Below the pieces are notes generated by a model. It had not been told where the DNA came from, searched no databases, and saw only the letters and a program-made list of their open reading frames with translations. Positions 37,679 to 47,347 of a DNA stretch of 64,000 nucleotides are shown here, one piece after another. This DNA comes from Microcella sp. (lineage in GTDB: Bacteria > Actinomycetota > Actinomycetes > Actinomycetales > Microbacteriaceae): assembly GCA_030158585.1 (NCBI GenBank), contig JAOASR010000036.1:1943-65942 (forward strand), written 5' to 3'. Within the stretch, counting starts at the first letter, position 1, and every line of letters begins with the position of its first letter. Both the position numbers and the translations under genes were made by a program.

Positions 37679-39019
37679 GTGAGCGCACTTTCGAGAGGTG
37701 GACGACTGCTCGCCGATCTGGCCCGCGTCGCCGAGCGGTACATGCGCTCTCCCGGGTTTCGCCGCGCTGCCATGAGCGCGCTCGCCCTCCCGTCGACGCC
37801 GCTCGAGCTCAGCGAGGCCACGCTGCGAGAACTCGCCGCCTCGCCCGTGGCCGCGCGCCCCTACGCCGGGCTGAGCGGGGCGGCCCTCGCGCTCAGCGCG
37901 CTCTCTCACGACGACAAGGGCGCACCGGCTGTGCGGCTCGTACTCGCCGAGCTCGACCCAGCGCGCATCTTCGCCGGAGTCCACACCGCTCTGCGGGTCG
38001 CCGATGGGCTCGCGATCCGCCTCGACCTGCCGCTGCAGGTGGTCGTGCTGAGCGAGTCGATCGGCACCGGTGACCGCGACGCGCTGCTCGACGCCATCGT
38101 CGACCGGTTGGGCCGCGATGGATCGCGGACCACCGTGGTGACGCGCGATGCGCTGGTCTCGGCGAGCACGCACCCCCATGACGTGTGGGTCGCCACGCAC
38201 TGGACAACGGCGCATCCTCTCCAGATCGCCGCTCGGGCGGAGGTCATCGACCCGGCGCGCGTGGTCTACCTGGTGCAGGATCACGAACCAGGCTTCACTG
38301 CGCTCTCAACCGATCGCATGACAGCTTCGGCGACCTACCGAGCAGGGTTCCGCCTACTCGTCAACAGTGAGCCCGTCGCCGCCGTGCTGCGCGCGGTCGA
38401 GAACGTGGACGTGGATGTTTCACACGTGTTCGCTCCCGACCTTGACCTCGACCGACTGGCGACCATCGCGGCGCGGCGCCCTGTATCGCGCGAGCCCGAC
38501 AGGCCCGTCACCGTCTTCTTCTACGGTCGCCCGTCGAAGCCCCGCAATCTCTTTCCGCTCGGCATCGCCGCACTGCGCATCGCGGCGCAGGCACTGCCAG
38601 GGTCGGCGGTTCGCTGGGTGTCGGCGGGTGAGGGGCACCACCCGATCGAACTCGGCGATGGGCATCGGCTGCAGAGCCGCGGGATTCTGGGCTGGGACGA
38701 GTACTTCTCGCTGCTCGCCGAGAGCGACGTCGTGCTCTCACTCCAGGCGAGTCCGCATCCCAGCCATCCGCCGATCGAGGCGGCGCTGAGCGGTGCGACG
38801 GCAGTCACGAACGAGGTCGCGGGCACCCGCGAGCGGCTCCACTCGCGACTGCACGCGGTCGACGCCGACCCCGCCGCGCTCGGATCGGCGATCGCCACCG
38901 CGGTGCGCTCGCTGAGCGAGGGCCAGATCGCGCGGACCCCGCAGCCTGACCTCACGGCCCTCGGTCAGCCCCTCCCCTCGTCCCTCGACGCGATCGCCGC
39001 CGCTCTGCGCAGCGGCTGA
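37679..39019 (+). CDS. WsaF-like rhamnosyltransferase (GT-B)
   Basis: FAGVHTAL, VATHWTTA, YLVQDHEPGF, FFYGRP..PRNLF and SPHPSHPP; GGAG SD before GTG 37679. Confidence 0.75.
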   Translation: MSALSRGGRLLADLARVAERYMRSPGFRRAAMSALALPSTPLELSEATLRELAASPVAARPYAGLSGAALALSALSHDDKGAPAVRLVLAELDPARIFAGVHTALRVADGLAIRLDLPLQVVVLSESIGTGDRDALLDAIVDRLGRDGSRTTVVTRDALVSASTHPHDVWVATHWTTAHPLQIAARAEVIDPARVVYLVQDHEPGFTALSTDRMTASATYRAGFRLLVNSEPVAAVLRAVENVDVDVSHVFAPDLDLDRLATIAARRPVSREPDRPVTVFFYGRPSKPRNLFPLGIAALRIAAQALPGSAVRWVSAGEGHHPIELGDGHRLQSRGILGWDEYFSLLAESDVVLSLQASPHPSHPPIEAALSGATAVTNEVAGTRERLHSRLHAVDADPAALGSAIATAVRSLSEGQIARTPQPDLTALGQPLPSSLDAIAAALRSG

Positions 39020-39043
39020 GCGGTGCCGCCGGGACGGTGTCCC

Positions 39044-39787
39044 TCAGCCGTCCTGAGCGTCGAGATACTCCTGGTACTGCTTCGTGACCGTCTTCGCGGG
39101 GCCGACGGCCTGCAACTCACCCTTATTGAGCCACGCGACCTGGTCGCACATCTCGCGCACCTGGGCGAGCGAGTGCGTGACGAGAATCACTGTGCGACCG
39201 GAATTGGTGAACTCGCGGAATTTCTCACGCGACTTCTTCTTGAACGCGCCGTCGCCGACGGCGAGCACCTCGTCCACGACGAGGATGTCGGGCTTGACGT
39301 GGATGGCGACCGAGAACCCCAGACGCACGTACATGCCCGATGAGTAGTTCTTGACCGGCTGGTCGATAAACTGCCCGACGCCCGAGAAGTCGATGATCTC
39401 GTCGAGCCGCGCCGTGATGTCTTTCTTGGCGAGCCCGAGGATCGAGCCGTTGAGGTAGATGTTCTCGCGGCCGGTGAGCTCGGGGTGAAAGCCCGACCCG
39501 ACTTCGAGCAGCGAGGCGGCCTTGCCGTTCATGGTGATCGAGCCCTCATCGGGGTGGAGGATGCGCGCGAGGCACTTCAGAAGCGTGGACTTGCCCGAGC
39601 CGTTGCGGCCGATGAGGCCGAACGTCGAACCCTTCGGCACTTCGAATGAGACGTCCTTGACGGCCCAGAACTCGTCGGCGACCGACTTGCGACGGCGCAT
39701 GACGGCCGACTTGAGGGTCTGATTGCGCTCCTTGTAGAGCTTGAATCGCTTCGACACATGGTCGACGATCACGGCGGGCTCGGTCAC
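39044..39787 (-). CDS. wzt: polysaccharide ABC exporter ATP-binding subunit (no C-terminal carbohydrate-binding domain)
   Basis: GRNGSGKSTLL, GFHPELTGREN, YSSGMYVRLGF and DEVLAVGD; 247 aa. Confidence 0.92.
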   Translation of the reverse strand: MTEPAVIVDHVSKRFKLYKERNQTLKSAVMRRRKSVADEFWAVKDVSFEVPKGSTFGLIGRNGSGKSTLLKCLARILHPDEGSITMNGKAASLLEVGSGFHPELTGRENIYLNGSILGLAKKDITARLDEIIDFSGVGQFIDQPVKNYSSGMYVRLGFSVAIHVKPDILVVDEVLAVGDGAFKKKSREKFREFTNSGRTVILVTHSLAQVREMCDQVAWLNKGELQAVGPAKTVTKQYQEYLDAQDG

Positions 39788-40602
39788 AGCAGCTCTGCCA
39801 ATCGCTTCTCGTTGCGCGAGAAGGTGAGATAGCCCAGCAGGAAGACGATGAGTGCCGCCGCGAGGCAGTAGATCGAGTCGTCCCAGGCAGGGAGGCGGTT
39901 GTCATAGAGCAGATTCCGGAACACAGCGACGAAGCGCTCCATCGGGTTGAGACGGTAGAGATCGAGCACCCACTGGCCGACCTGCTCGGCGCGCCGCTCG
40001 ACGAATTCGAGCGGATAGATGATCGGAGTCAGGAACATCCACATCTGCAGCACGATGCCCGTGAAGTGCTGAGTGTCGCGGAAGTGCACGTTGAGGATCG
40101 CGAGCATCATGGCCAGCCCGACGGCGAAGAGCGCCAAGAGAGCCATGAATACGATGATGACCGGGATGAACGGGATCGGCATCGCTCCGAAGAGCATCAA
40201 GACGATCGCCAGCACACTCAGCTCGAGCGACCAGGTGACTGCGGTCGACGCCATGACCGCCAGCGGCAGGTGCATGCGCGGAAAGTAGACCTTCTTGATG
40301 AGGTTGGCATTCGAGACGACTGAGGTCAGACCGCCGTTGACGACTCGCGTGAAGAATGTCCACGGCAGCATCGCGCACATGAGCCACAGCGGATAGCCCT
40401 CGACACCGCTCGGGTCGCCGGGCGGCGGTTCGAAACGCAGCAGGAAGAGGAAGACAAGCGTGTAGACAAGCATCGTCGCGAGCGGATTGATGAGCGACCA
40501 CAGCTGCCCCAGGAAGGTGCGCCGGTACTGACCTTTGACCTCGCGAATAGTGAGGTTGGCCAGCAGCTCGCGTGTGGCGGCGAGCTCTTTCACATAGGAC
40601 AT
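39784..40602 (-). CDS. wzm: polysaccharide ABC exporter permease
   Basis: YRRTFLGQLWSLINPL, LIKKVYFP, FLTPIIYP and LNPM. Confidence 0.92.
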   Translation of the reverse strand: MSYVKELAATRELLANLTIREVKGQYRRTFLGQLWSLINPLATMLVYTLVFLFLLRFEPPPGDPSGVEGYPLWLMCAMLPWTFFTRVVNGGLTSVVSNANLIKKVYFPRMHLPLAVMASTAVTWSLELSVLAIVLMLFGAMPIPFIPVIIVFMALLALFAVGLAMMLAILNVHFRDTQHFTGIVLQMWMFLTPIIYPLEFVERRAEQVGQWVLDLYRLNPMERFVAVFRNLLYDNRLPAWDDSIYCLAAALIVFLLGYLTFSRNEKRLAELL

Positions 40603-40705
40603 GCAGCACTTTCGGGTGGTCGACGCGTCGTCTTATTCTAGGCGTCAGCGCGCGCCACAACGCGCCGCGTGGACGAGGGACCTCAGCCGATACAGTGGGA
40701 ACACC

Positions 40706-42079
40706 ATGCTGGTCTACTTCGTCAACCACTCCTCGGCGATCGATCACCTCGGCGGAGCCGAGCGCTCTCTGCTTAAGCTCGTCGAGGACTGGTACGCCGC
40801 CGACCCCGAGTTCGAAGCCTTCTTCATCACGAAGGCGCCCCGGGGCCAGTTCGTGGCTGCGCTCGAAGGACGTGGTTGGGGTTACCGCGCCTATCCATAT
40901 CGTGGATGGGCGCTTCCGCAGAAGAAGCCCCACCCGAGCGAGCTGACGTACTACTCGCGCGAGGATTACGCCGCGACGACCAAGATCATCGCTCTCATGG
41001 AGAAGGGTCGACCCGATCTTGTCGTCACCAACACCCTCGTCGCCCCGTGGGGCGCCTTTGCGGCGAAGGTGCTCGGTATTCCACACGCGTGGTTCGTCCG
41101 CGAGTACGGCGATCTCGACCACGGTCTGTCTTTTGTCAACGGACGCGCACAAACGATCGCCGACATCGGCCTGCTTTCTGAAGCGGTATTCGCAAACTCC
41201 GAGGCCATTCACCGTCATCTCGCCCGGTATCTCGAGATCGAGAAACTGTCGATCGTGTACCCAACGGTGGAGCATGCCGAGGTGCGACGCCGTTCCACGG
41301 AGCAGCCGGAGATTGAGCCATTTCCGCGCGACGAGCCGGGCCTGCGAATTACTGTCGTCGGGCGTCTGGCAGAGTCCAAGGGCCAGTGGCGTGTTGTCGA
41401 AGCGCTCGGGCTTCTTGCCGCGAACGGAATTGCCGCGAGCGTGTGCTTCGTCGGGGCGAAAATGGAGCCAGATCACGACCTGAAGCTGCTGAAGCGCGCG
41501 CGCGAGCTCGGCGTCGACCAGCGCATCGTCTTTGCAGGCGAGCAGCCGAATCCTTTCCCTTACGTGGCTGCCGCCGACGTGTGCGTCACCCCGTCAGGTC
41601 GCGAAGCATTCGGCCGGACGACCCTCGAGTACCTCTGGCTCGGCAAGCCGGTCGTCGCAACCTCGAGCGGCGGCAGCAGCGAACTCGTGCGCCCCGACGT
41701 CAACGGTTTCTTGTTCGATCCTGACCAGCCGAACGATCTTGCGAAGAAGCTCGAGCGTTACGCGCGCGAGCCAGAAATGCTCGTTCGCCACCAAGTCGCC
41801 GCTGTCGAGCGCGCCGAATACCTGGCCGCTCCCGAGCGCGGCAATCCCGCGGCAATTGAGAGGATGCGAGGGCTCGTGGGCCAGCCCGCTTACAAGCTTC
41901 CCGAAATGGCCCGGTTCTGGTTTACGTTGCCCTCGCTTTACGTGCAGACGCATTCGCGCTCCCAGGTCACCTTGACCTACCTCATACGCATCTTCCTGAT
42001 TCGAGCCCGCAACTTCCTGCGCGACCCGATCGGATCGAGCCGCCGTCGCATTCGGGCGGCCCGCGCACGCCGTGCCTGA
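40706..42079 (+). CDS. GT4 glycosyltransferase
   Basis: LGGAERSL, VGRLAESKGQ and EAFGRTTLEYLWLGKPVVA. Confidence 0.87.
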   Translation: MLVYFVNHSSAIDHLGGAERSLLKLVEDWYAADPEFEAFFITKAPRGQFVAALEGRGWGYRAYPYRGWALPQKKPHPSELTYYSREDYAATTKIIALMEKGRPDLVVTNTLVAPWGAFAAKVLGIPHAWFVREYGDLDHGLSFVNGRAQTIADIGLLSEAVFANSEAIHRHLARYLEIEKLSIVYPTVEHAEVRRRSTEQPEIEPFPRDEPGLRITVVGRLAESKGQWRVVEALGLLAANGIAASVCFVGAKMEPDHDLKLLKRARELGVDQRIVFAGEQPNPFPYVAAADVCVTPSGREAFGRTTLEYLWLGKPVVATSSGGSSELVRPDVNGFLFDPDQPNDLAKKLERYAREPEMLVRHQVAAVERAEYLAAPERGNPAAIERMRGLVGQPAYKLPEMARFWFTLPSLYVQTHSRSQVTLTYLIRIFLIRARNFLRDPIGSSRRRIRAARARRA

Positions 42080-43412
42080 GCGGCCCCCCACCACGGTCGT
42101 CGTACCTGTCTACGGAGATGCACCGAGCCTCCTTGCGTGCGTACGATCGCTCATGATGACGGTCGACACCGATCACGACCGCGTGCTGCTGGTCAACGAC
42201 TGCGGACCCGATGCGGACGCGATCGAACGGAGCCTTCTCTCACTGATCGAAAACCGCGCAGGCTTCCGGTACGAGCGCAACCCACGCAACCTCGGATTCG
42301 TCGGAACGTGCAACCGGGCGGCTTTCGAGTTGGACCTCTCAGGCAACGACCTGCTACTGCTCAACAGCGACACGGTGGTGACACCGGGCTGGCTGGAGGA
42401 GCTCGCCGCGGTGCTGCACGTCGACCCATCCCATGGCGTGGTCTGTGCCCGCAGCACGCACGCGACGATCGCGAGCATGCCCTTTCGACTGCAGGATCCA
42501 GGCGCAACGCGCACCCTCGCACGCTCAACAGAGGTGCTCGCGATGGTCGGCGATCGACTGCCGAGATACTCGTACCCGCCCGTGGCGATGGGGTTCTGCT
42601 TCCTCATCCGACGTGATCTGATCGATCGCTTCGGGCTGTTCGACGAGATCTTCGCCCCCGGCTATGGCGAGGAGAACGACTTCTGTCTGCGCATCGGCCG
42701 CGCGGGCTTCAGATCGGTCATGGCTCACCGTGCGCTCGTCGCACACGAGGGCGCTCGCAGTTTCCTCGACATCCGGCGCGCTCGGCTGCGTGCGGACCAC
42801 GAGCGCATCCTCGTGAAGAGGCACCCCGACTATCCGGCGCGCGTGCGCGACTACCTCTGGTGCGAGGTCGACCCGATCGATGCATTCGCAGATGTGCTCG
42901 TTCCGAAGGCCAACGCCATCGGCAGGCTCGAGGCGGTTCTCGTCGAAGCCGGACCGCCGGCCGCGAGGCTCATGGAAATCGCCACGGTACGGAGAGACGA
43001 CCTGGGCCTGACGGTGCTGACGAGCCAGCGGTGCGCCCGCGCCTGGCAGAAGTACGTCGGCACAGATCGCGTCGTGGTGTTCGGCGCGGAGGAGGGCCGA
43101 GTGTGGGATCTCGCGCTGTGCGATGCCCCACCCGGCAGCGAGGCGCACCTGCGAGCCGGCCACGCCGCGCCCCGGGTCGCGCCGACAGCATCCCTCGCGC
43201 GGGGAGACATCGGCCAAGCCCTCGTCAGTGCTGCGCGGACCCCGATCGCGGACGCGGAGTTGCGGGAGCGCTGGAGGTCGGATGCAGAGCGAATGCGGTG
43301 CACGGGCATCCCTGCTCAGCCGCGACCGCCAGCGCGGCAACGCGCCAGAGCGATTCTCGAGCGGCGGGCTCCGCGACTGCTCGCCGCCGCACGTCGGACT
43401 CTTCGACGCTGA
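42072..43412 (+). CDS. GT2 glycosyltransferase
   Basis: VVVPVYG, NLGFVGTCN, LLNSDTVV and FDEIFAPGYGEENDFC. Confidence 0.85.
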   Translation: MPERPPTTVVVPVYGDAPSLLACVRSLMMTVDTDHDRVLLVNDCGPDADAIERSLLSLIENRAGFRYERNPRNLGFVGTCNRAAFELDLSGNDLLLLNSDTVVTPGWLEELAAVLHVDPSHGVVCARSTHATIASMPFRLQDPGATRTLARSTEVLAMVGDRLPRYSYPPVAMGFCFLIRRDLIDRFGLFDEIFAPGYGEENDFCLRIGRAGFRSVMAHRALVAHEGARSFLDIRRARLRADHERILVKRHPDYPARVRDYLWCEVDPIDAFADVLVPKANAIGRLEAVLVEAGPPAARLMEIATVRRDDLGLTVLTSQRCARAWQKYVGTDRVVVFGAEEGRVWDLALCDAPPGSEAHLRAGHAAPRVAPTASLARGDIGQALVSAARTPIADAELRERWRSDAERMRCTGIPAQPRPPARQRARAILERRAPRLLAAARRTLRR

Positions 43413-43436
43413 ACCGGTCGCGGCCGAGGGGAACGG

Positions 43437-44321
43437 TCAGCGCTGCGCCGCGGGGCGCTGCTGCTCGATGAGCCGTTCGAGGTATATGCCGTAGCCGCTC
43501 TTGCGCAGCGGCTCGGCGAGGGCGAGCAACTGCTCGTCGCCGATCCAGCCCGCGCGCCAGGCGACCTCCTCGATGCAGCCGATCTTGAGCCCCTGCCGGT
43601 GCTCGATGACGCGCACGTACTCGGAGGCCTCCATCATCGAGTCGACCGTGCCCGTGTCGAGCCAGGCCGTTCCCCGATCGAGCACGGTCACCTGCAGGCG
43701 CCCCTCGCGCAGGTATTGCTCGTTGATCGACGAGATCTCGAGCTCGCCCCGCGCGCTCGGGGCGATCGACCTCGCGACCTCGACGACGCCGCCGTCGTAG
43801 AAGTAGAGACCCGGCACCGCGAAGCTGCTGCGGGGCGCAACGGGCTTCTCCTCGATCGAGATCGCGCGGCCGTCGTCATCGAACTCGACGACGCCGTAGG
43901 CGGTCGGGTCGGCCACTTGGTACGCGAAGATGAGGCCGCCGTCGATGTCGCCATTCGCGCGCAACGACGAGCCGAGGCCCGCGCCGTGGAAGATGTTGTC
44001 GCCGAGCACGAGGGCGGCACCCTGGCCGTCGAGGAACTCTTCGCCGATAAGGAAGGCCTGGGCGAGGCCGTCGGGCGATTCCTGCACGGCGTACTCGATG
44101 CGCATGCCGAGCTGCGCGCCGTCGCCGAGCAGCGCGCGGAACTGCTCGTTGTGCTCGGGCGTCGTGATGATGAGCACCTCGCGGATGCCGGCCATCATGA
44201 GCGTCGACAGCGGGTAGTAGATCATCGGTTTGTCATGGATGGGCATCAGCTGCTTCGAGATGCCCTTCGTGATGGGCCACAACCGCGTGCCGGAGCCGCC
44301 CGCGAGGATGATGCCGCGCAT
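43437..44321 (-). CDS. rmlA: glucose-1-phosphate thymidylyltransferase
   Basis: [42 protein letters not shown] and WLDTGT. Confidence 0.96.
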   Translation of the reverse strand: MRGIILAGGSGTRLWPITKGISKQLMPIHDKPMIYYPLSTLMMAGIREVLIITTPEHNEQFRALLGDGAQLGMRIEYAVQESPDGLAQAFLIGEEFLDGQGAALVLGDNIFHGAGLGSSLRANGDIDGGLIFAYQVADPTAYGVVEFDDDGRAISIEEKPVAPRSSFAVPGLYFYDGGVVEVARSIAPSARGELEISSINEQYLREGRLQVTVLDRGTAWLDTGTVDSMMEASEYVRVIEHRQGLKIGCIEEVAWRAGWIGDEQLLALAEPLRKSGYGIYLERLIEQQRPAAQR

Positions 44322-44935
44322 CAGCGCGCTCCTTCCGCTGCCAGTTCGTCGTAGCGCGCTCGGCAGGCATCCCACGTCGGCAGCAGGCCCGCCGCGGCCG
44401 CATCGGCGAGCGACGGCGCATCGGCATCCTTCGCCGAGAGGATGGGGGCGCCCAGCTCGCTGGGGATCGCGAGCCCGATCATGGGGTCGAGCGGGTCGAC
44501 GCCGTGCTCGCGCTCGGGCCGGAAGACATCGCTGCAGAGGTAGCTGACGGTCGAGTCGTCCTCGAGCGCGACGAAGGCGTGCCCGAGCCCCTCGCCGAGG
44601 TAGATCGCGCGGCGGTCGATCGTGTCGAGCAGCACCGAGTCCCACTGGCCGAACGTCGGCGAGCCGACGCGGATGTCGATGACGAAGTCGATGACGGCCC
44701 CGCGCGTCGCGGTGACGTACTTCGCCTGGCCGAGCGGCACATCCGCGAAATGGATGCCGCGGAGCACGCCGCGCTTCGAGACCGACGTGTTTGCCTGCCG
44801 CAGCGCGAAGGGGTGGCCCACCGCTTCGACGAACGACTCGTCGCGGAACCACTCGAGGAAGAATCCGCGCTCGTCAGCGAACTGCAGAGGCGTGAACTCG
44901 AACGATCCGGGGATGCTCAACTGGCGGAATGGCAC
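44321..44935 (-). CDS. rmlC: dTDP-4-dehydrorhamnose 3,5-epimerase
   Basis: [31 protein letters not shown] and GHAF. Confidence 0.95.
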   Translation of the reverse strand: MPFRQLSIPGSFEFTPLQFADERGFFLEWFRDESFVEAVGHPFALRQANTSVSKRGVLRGIHFADVPLGQAKYVTATRGAVIDFVIDIRVGSPTFGQWDSVLLDTIDRRAIYLGEGLGHAFVALEDDSTVSYLCSDVFRPEREHGVDPLDPMIGLAIPSELGAPILSAKDADAPSLADAAAAGLLPTWDACRARYDELAAEGAR

Positions 44936-44941
44936 CCGCCG

Positions 44942-44947
44942 AGCCTA
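44942..44947 (-). promoter_or_regulatory. -10 box TAGGCT, putative leaderless rmlCA promoter
   Basis: 6 nt upstream of GTG 44935. Confidence 0.55.
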
Positions 44948-45088
44948 CCGGCGGGAGGTTCGCGAGAGCCAACAGCCTCGAATTGGGGGGATCCTGGCAA
45001 CGTTCGGATCGACGTACCATGAGAGCGCGCGTGGGGACGCGCTGGCGCGGCTCGGTGAGCACGCGCACAAAGATTCGGGGGAGTCGCC

Positions 45089-46363
45089 ATGAAGGATGTC
45101 GTTCGGCAAACGATCGCGTTCGGCGCGGCAGCGCTCATCGCGAGCACGATCATCCTCTCTGACAGCCTTGGCGTTGCAGTCTCCGCGGCGCATGGGGCGA
45201 GCGCTTCTGCGTACGGAGTGGGCGCTCCGAACCTCGCGTCGCCTTCGACGGGGGCCCGGTACATCTACGTTGCGACGAACGGGACGGACTTCGACCGCGA
45301 ATTCCAGGCCTGGTACAACGGAGGCGATTACAAGACCTACAACAGGTTCACCTGCCTCACGGATCCGACTCGGAAGTCGTGGGGTTCGCAGACGACCTGC
45401 ACCGAACCGACCATCTCTAATCCGCTCCGGACCATCAAGCTAGCCATGCGGGTCGCGCGACCCGGTGACGTCATCGTGGTCCGTGGGGGCACCTACGCGG
45501 AGGAGATCGGCTGGGGCATCGTCGCTGGCACCTCCACGAAACCCATCACGATGCAGGCCCGACCGGGCGAGAGCGTAGTCGTGAGCGGCACCATGTCGCT
45601 CACCAACCCCCACTACTGGCGTGTTGTCGGCCTTCGCTTCGTCTACAACGCGAACATCCAGAAGGGCCAATCAGTGGTCTCCTTCGCGGGCGGGACTGGG
45701 TGGAGGTTCGAGAACAACTCCGTGACGGGGTCAGTCGGTGTCGCGAACCTGCAGATCATCTCCGCGAAAGCGTCGTCCTCGTCCGCGTCGGCATTGCGCG
45801 CCGCGGCGCCGAACGGCTTCGCGGTGAGGGGGAACTGCATCACGAACAACCGCGGCACTGGTCCGCATGGTCAGTACCACAACATCTACGTCATGTCCTC
45901 GATCTACTCCACCGGTGGCGTGATCGAGCGGAACCTGCTGGCAGGGGCCCCAAGAGGCGCGAACATCAAGGCCGCAGCCGCCAATTCTCAGACCGGATGG
46001 ACCAGCCCCAGCAACCTCACGATCGCCGACAACACCATGGTGTATGCGGCTTCAGGAGTCACCGTCGGGCTGCAAAGCCAGAACATCGAGATGACCGGCA
46101 ACCTCATTGCGATGCCAGCCAACGAGTTGACATACGACGGCGCCGTGAAGACCTACCAGATGAAACACGCGAGCACGATCGGGTTCAAGGACAGCTTCGT
46201 CGCCGGATACCGCAAGGTCGTGGAGTACGACTACGCAGCACCCGAGGACATCTTCGTCCGGCGAATCCAGTCAGGCCCGGCCGCGTTCACTGGTTCTGTC
46301 GCAAACTGCTCCGTCCGTACAACGTCGACTCCTGCGTCGTTGTACGGTCACCTCGCGCCGTAA
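45089..46363 (+). CDS. secreted right-handed beta-helix (pectin-lyase fold, DUF1565-like N-terminus) protein
   Basis: Signal peptide; IYVATNG...NPLRTI..A...PGDVIVVRGGTY, MQARPGESVVV; repeated I/VxxNx beta-strand rungs; HNIYV. Confidence 0.75.
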   Translation: MKDVVRQTIAFGAAALIASTIILSDSLGVAVSAAHGASASAYGVGAPNLASPSTGARYIYVATNGTDFDREFQAWYNGGDYKTYNRFTCLTDPTRKSWGSQTTCTEPTISNPLRTIKLAMRVARPGDVIVVRGGTYAEEIGWGIVAGTSTKPITMQARPGESVVVSGTMSLTNPHYWRVVGLRFVYNANIQKGQSVVSFAGGTGWRFENNSVTGSVGVANLQIISAKASSSSASALRAAAPNGFAVRGNCITNNRGTGPHGQYHNIYVMSSIYSTGGVIERNLLAGAPRGANIKAAAANSQTGWTSPSNLTIADNTMVYAASGVTVGLQSQNIEMTGNLIAMPANELTYDGAVKTYQMKHASTIGFKDSFVAGYRKVVEYDYAAPEDIFVRRIQSGPAAFTGSVANCSVRTTSTPASLYGHLAP

Positions 46364-46378
46364 GCGCCCGAATCGCGG

Positions 46379-47257
46379 TCAGCCTGCTCGACGACGCGGA
46401 CGCTCGTCGCCGGGTTCCCACGTCCGCAGACTGTCCTCCCGAGTGATGCCCCGCCCCGCCATGTCCCAGGCAAGATCCACGAACGACGACCAGTAGGGTC
46501 CCACGAGGTGTTGGGAGCCGGCGAGCATGTGCAGGTCCGCGACCGCGGCGATACTCGCGTCCCGCGAGTTGTACGGGAAATCGTGATGCTGCGTGACGAC
46601 GACGTGACCGAGCGACGTCAGTCGCTGACGAGCTTCCACGGTGTCGCACGACAGGAAGAAGACCGGGTCGTTGTAGAGGGCTGCAAGCTGGTCCATCCTG
46701 GTCTCGAACCACTCAACTGGCGAGTGTGTCAGCGTCTTTTCGTGCGTGAGCGGACTTGACCGAACCTGAACGCCGATGTACGTCCGCCCATCGAGCTGCG
46801 CTCGAAGCGCTCGAAGTCGCGCGTCGACCGCGTCGCTCGGTTCGAGCGTCGCGAGGCGTCGCCGCCACTCGAACTCCGCTCCATCGAATCGCATTACCTC
46901 GGATGTCCACACAAGCCACACCTTCCTGGCACGCTCGTCGTCGGTCCACGTCGATGTGTCATGCGACAGCGTAGGGACGTCGGCATACGAGCGAGTGAAG
47001 GCTTCCTTGGACAGGGGCCGTCCGTTCGGGAATCGCCACAGGTCCGTGAGGACGCACTCGACGCCCGGCGGGCGCGTCGGCCACACGTAGCTGAGCACGC
47101 GCCCCGAACGTTCCGCGAGTTCAGCGGCACCCGCCAACGCCCGCATTCGGTTGCCGAGCCCTGCGTTGCGCGGAATCACCAGGACGAGCTCTCCCGTGCG
47201 CCGACGGTGGTACGGCCGACGGAGCTCCGAGACGAGGCGTTCCCACGCATTGCTCAT
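46379..47257 (-). CDS. fucosyltransferase-like protein (GT11/GT23/NodZ-type fold)
   Basis: AGLGNRM, IGVQVR, FFLSCD, ADLHMLA and SSFVDLA correspond to fucosyltransferase motifs. Confidence 0.68.
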   Translation of the reverse strand: MSNAWERLVSELRRPYHRRRTGELVLVIPRNAGLGNRMRALAGAAELAERSGRVLSYVWPTRPPGVECVLTDLWRFPNGRPLSKEAFTRSYADVPTLSHDTSTWTDDERARKVWLVWTSEVMRFDGAEFEWRRRLATLEPSDAVDARLRALRAQLDGRTYIGVQVRSSPLTHEKTLTHSPVEWFETRMDQLAALYNDPVFFLSCDTVEARQRLTSLGHVVVTQHHDFPYNSRDASIAAVADLHMLAGSQHLVGPYWSSFVDLAWDMAGRGITREDSLRTWEPGDERPRRRAG

Positions 47258-47347
47258 GCACACACCCTATGGCGTTCGGGCGCTGCGAAGCCGGCCGTTG
47301 AGCCCACCGCGCACCTGAGAGAATCGCGACGGCGATACGTGCTCACG

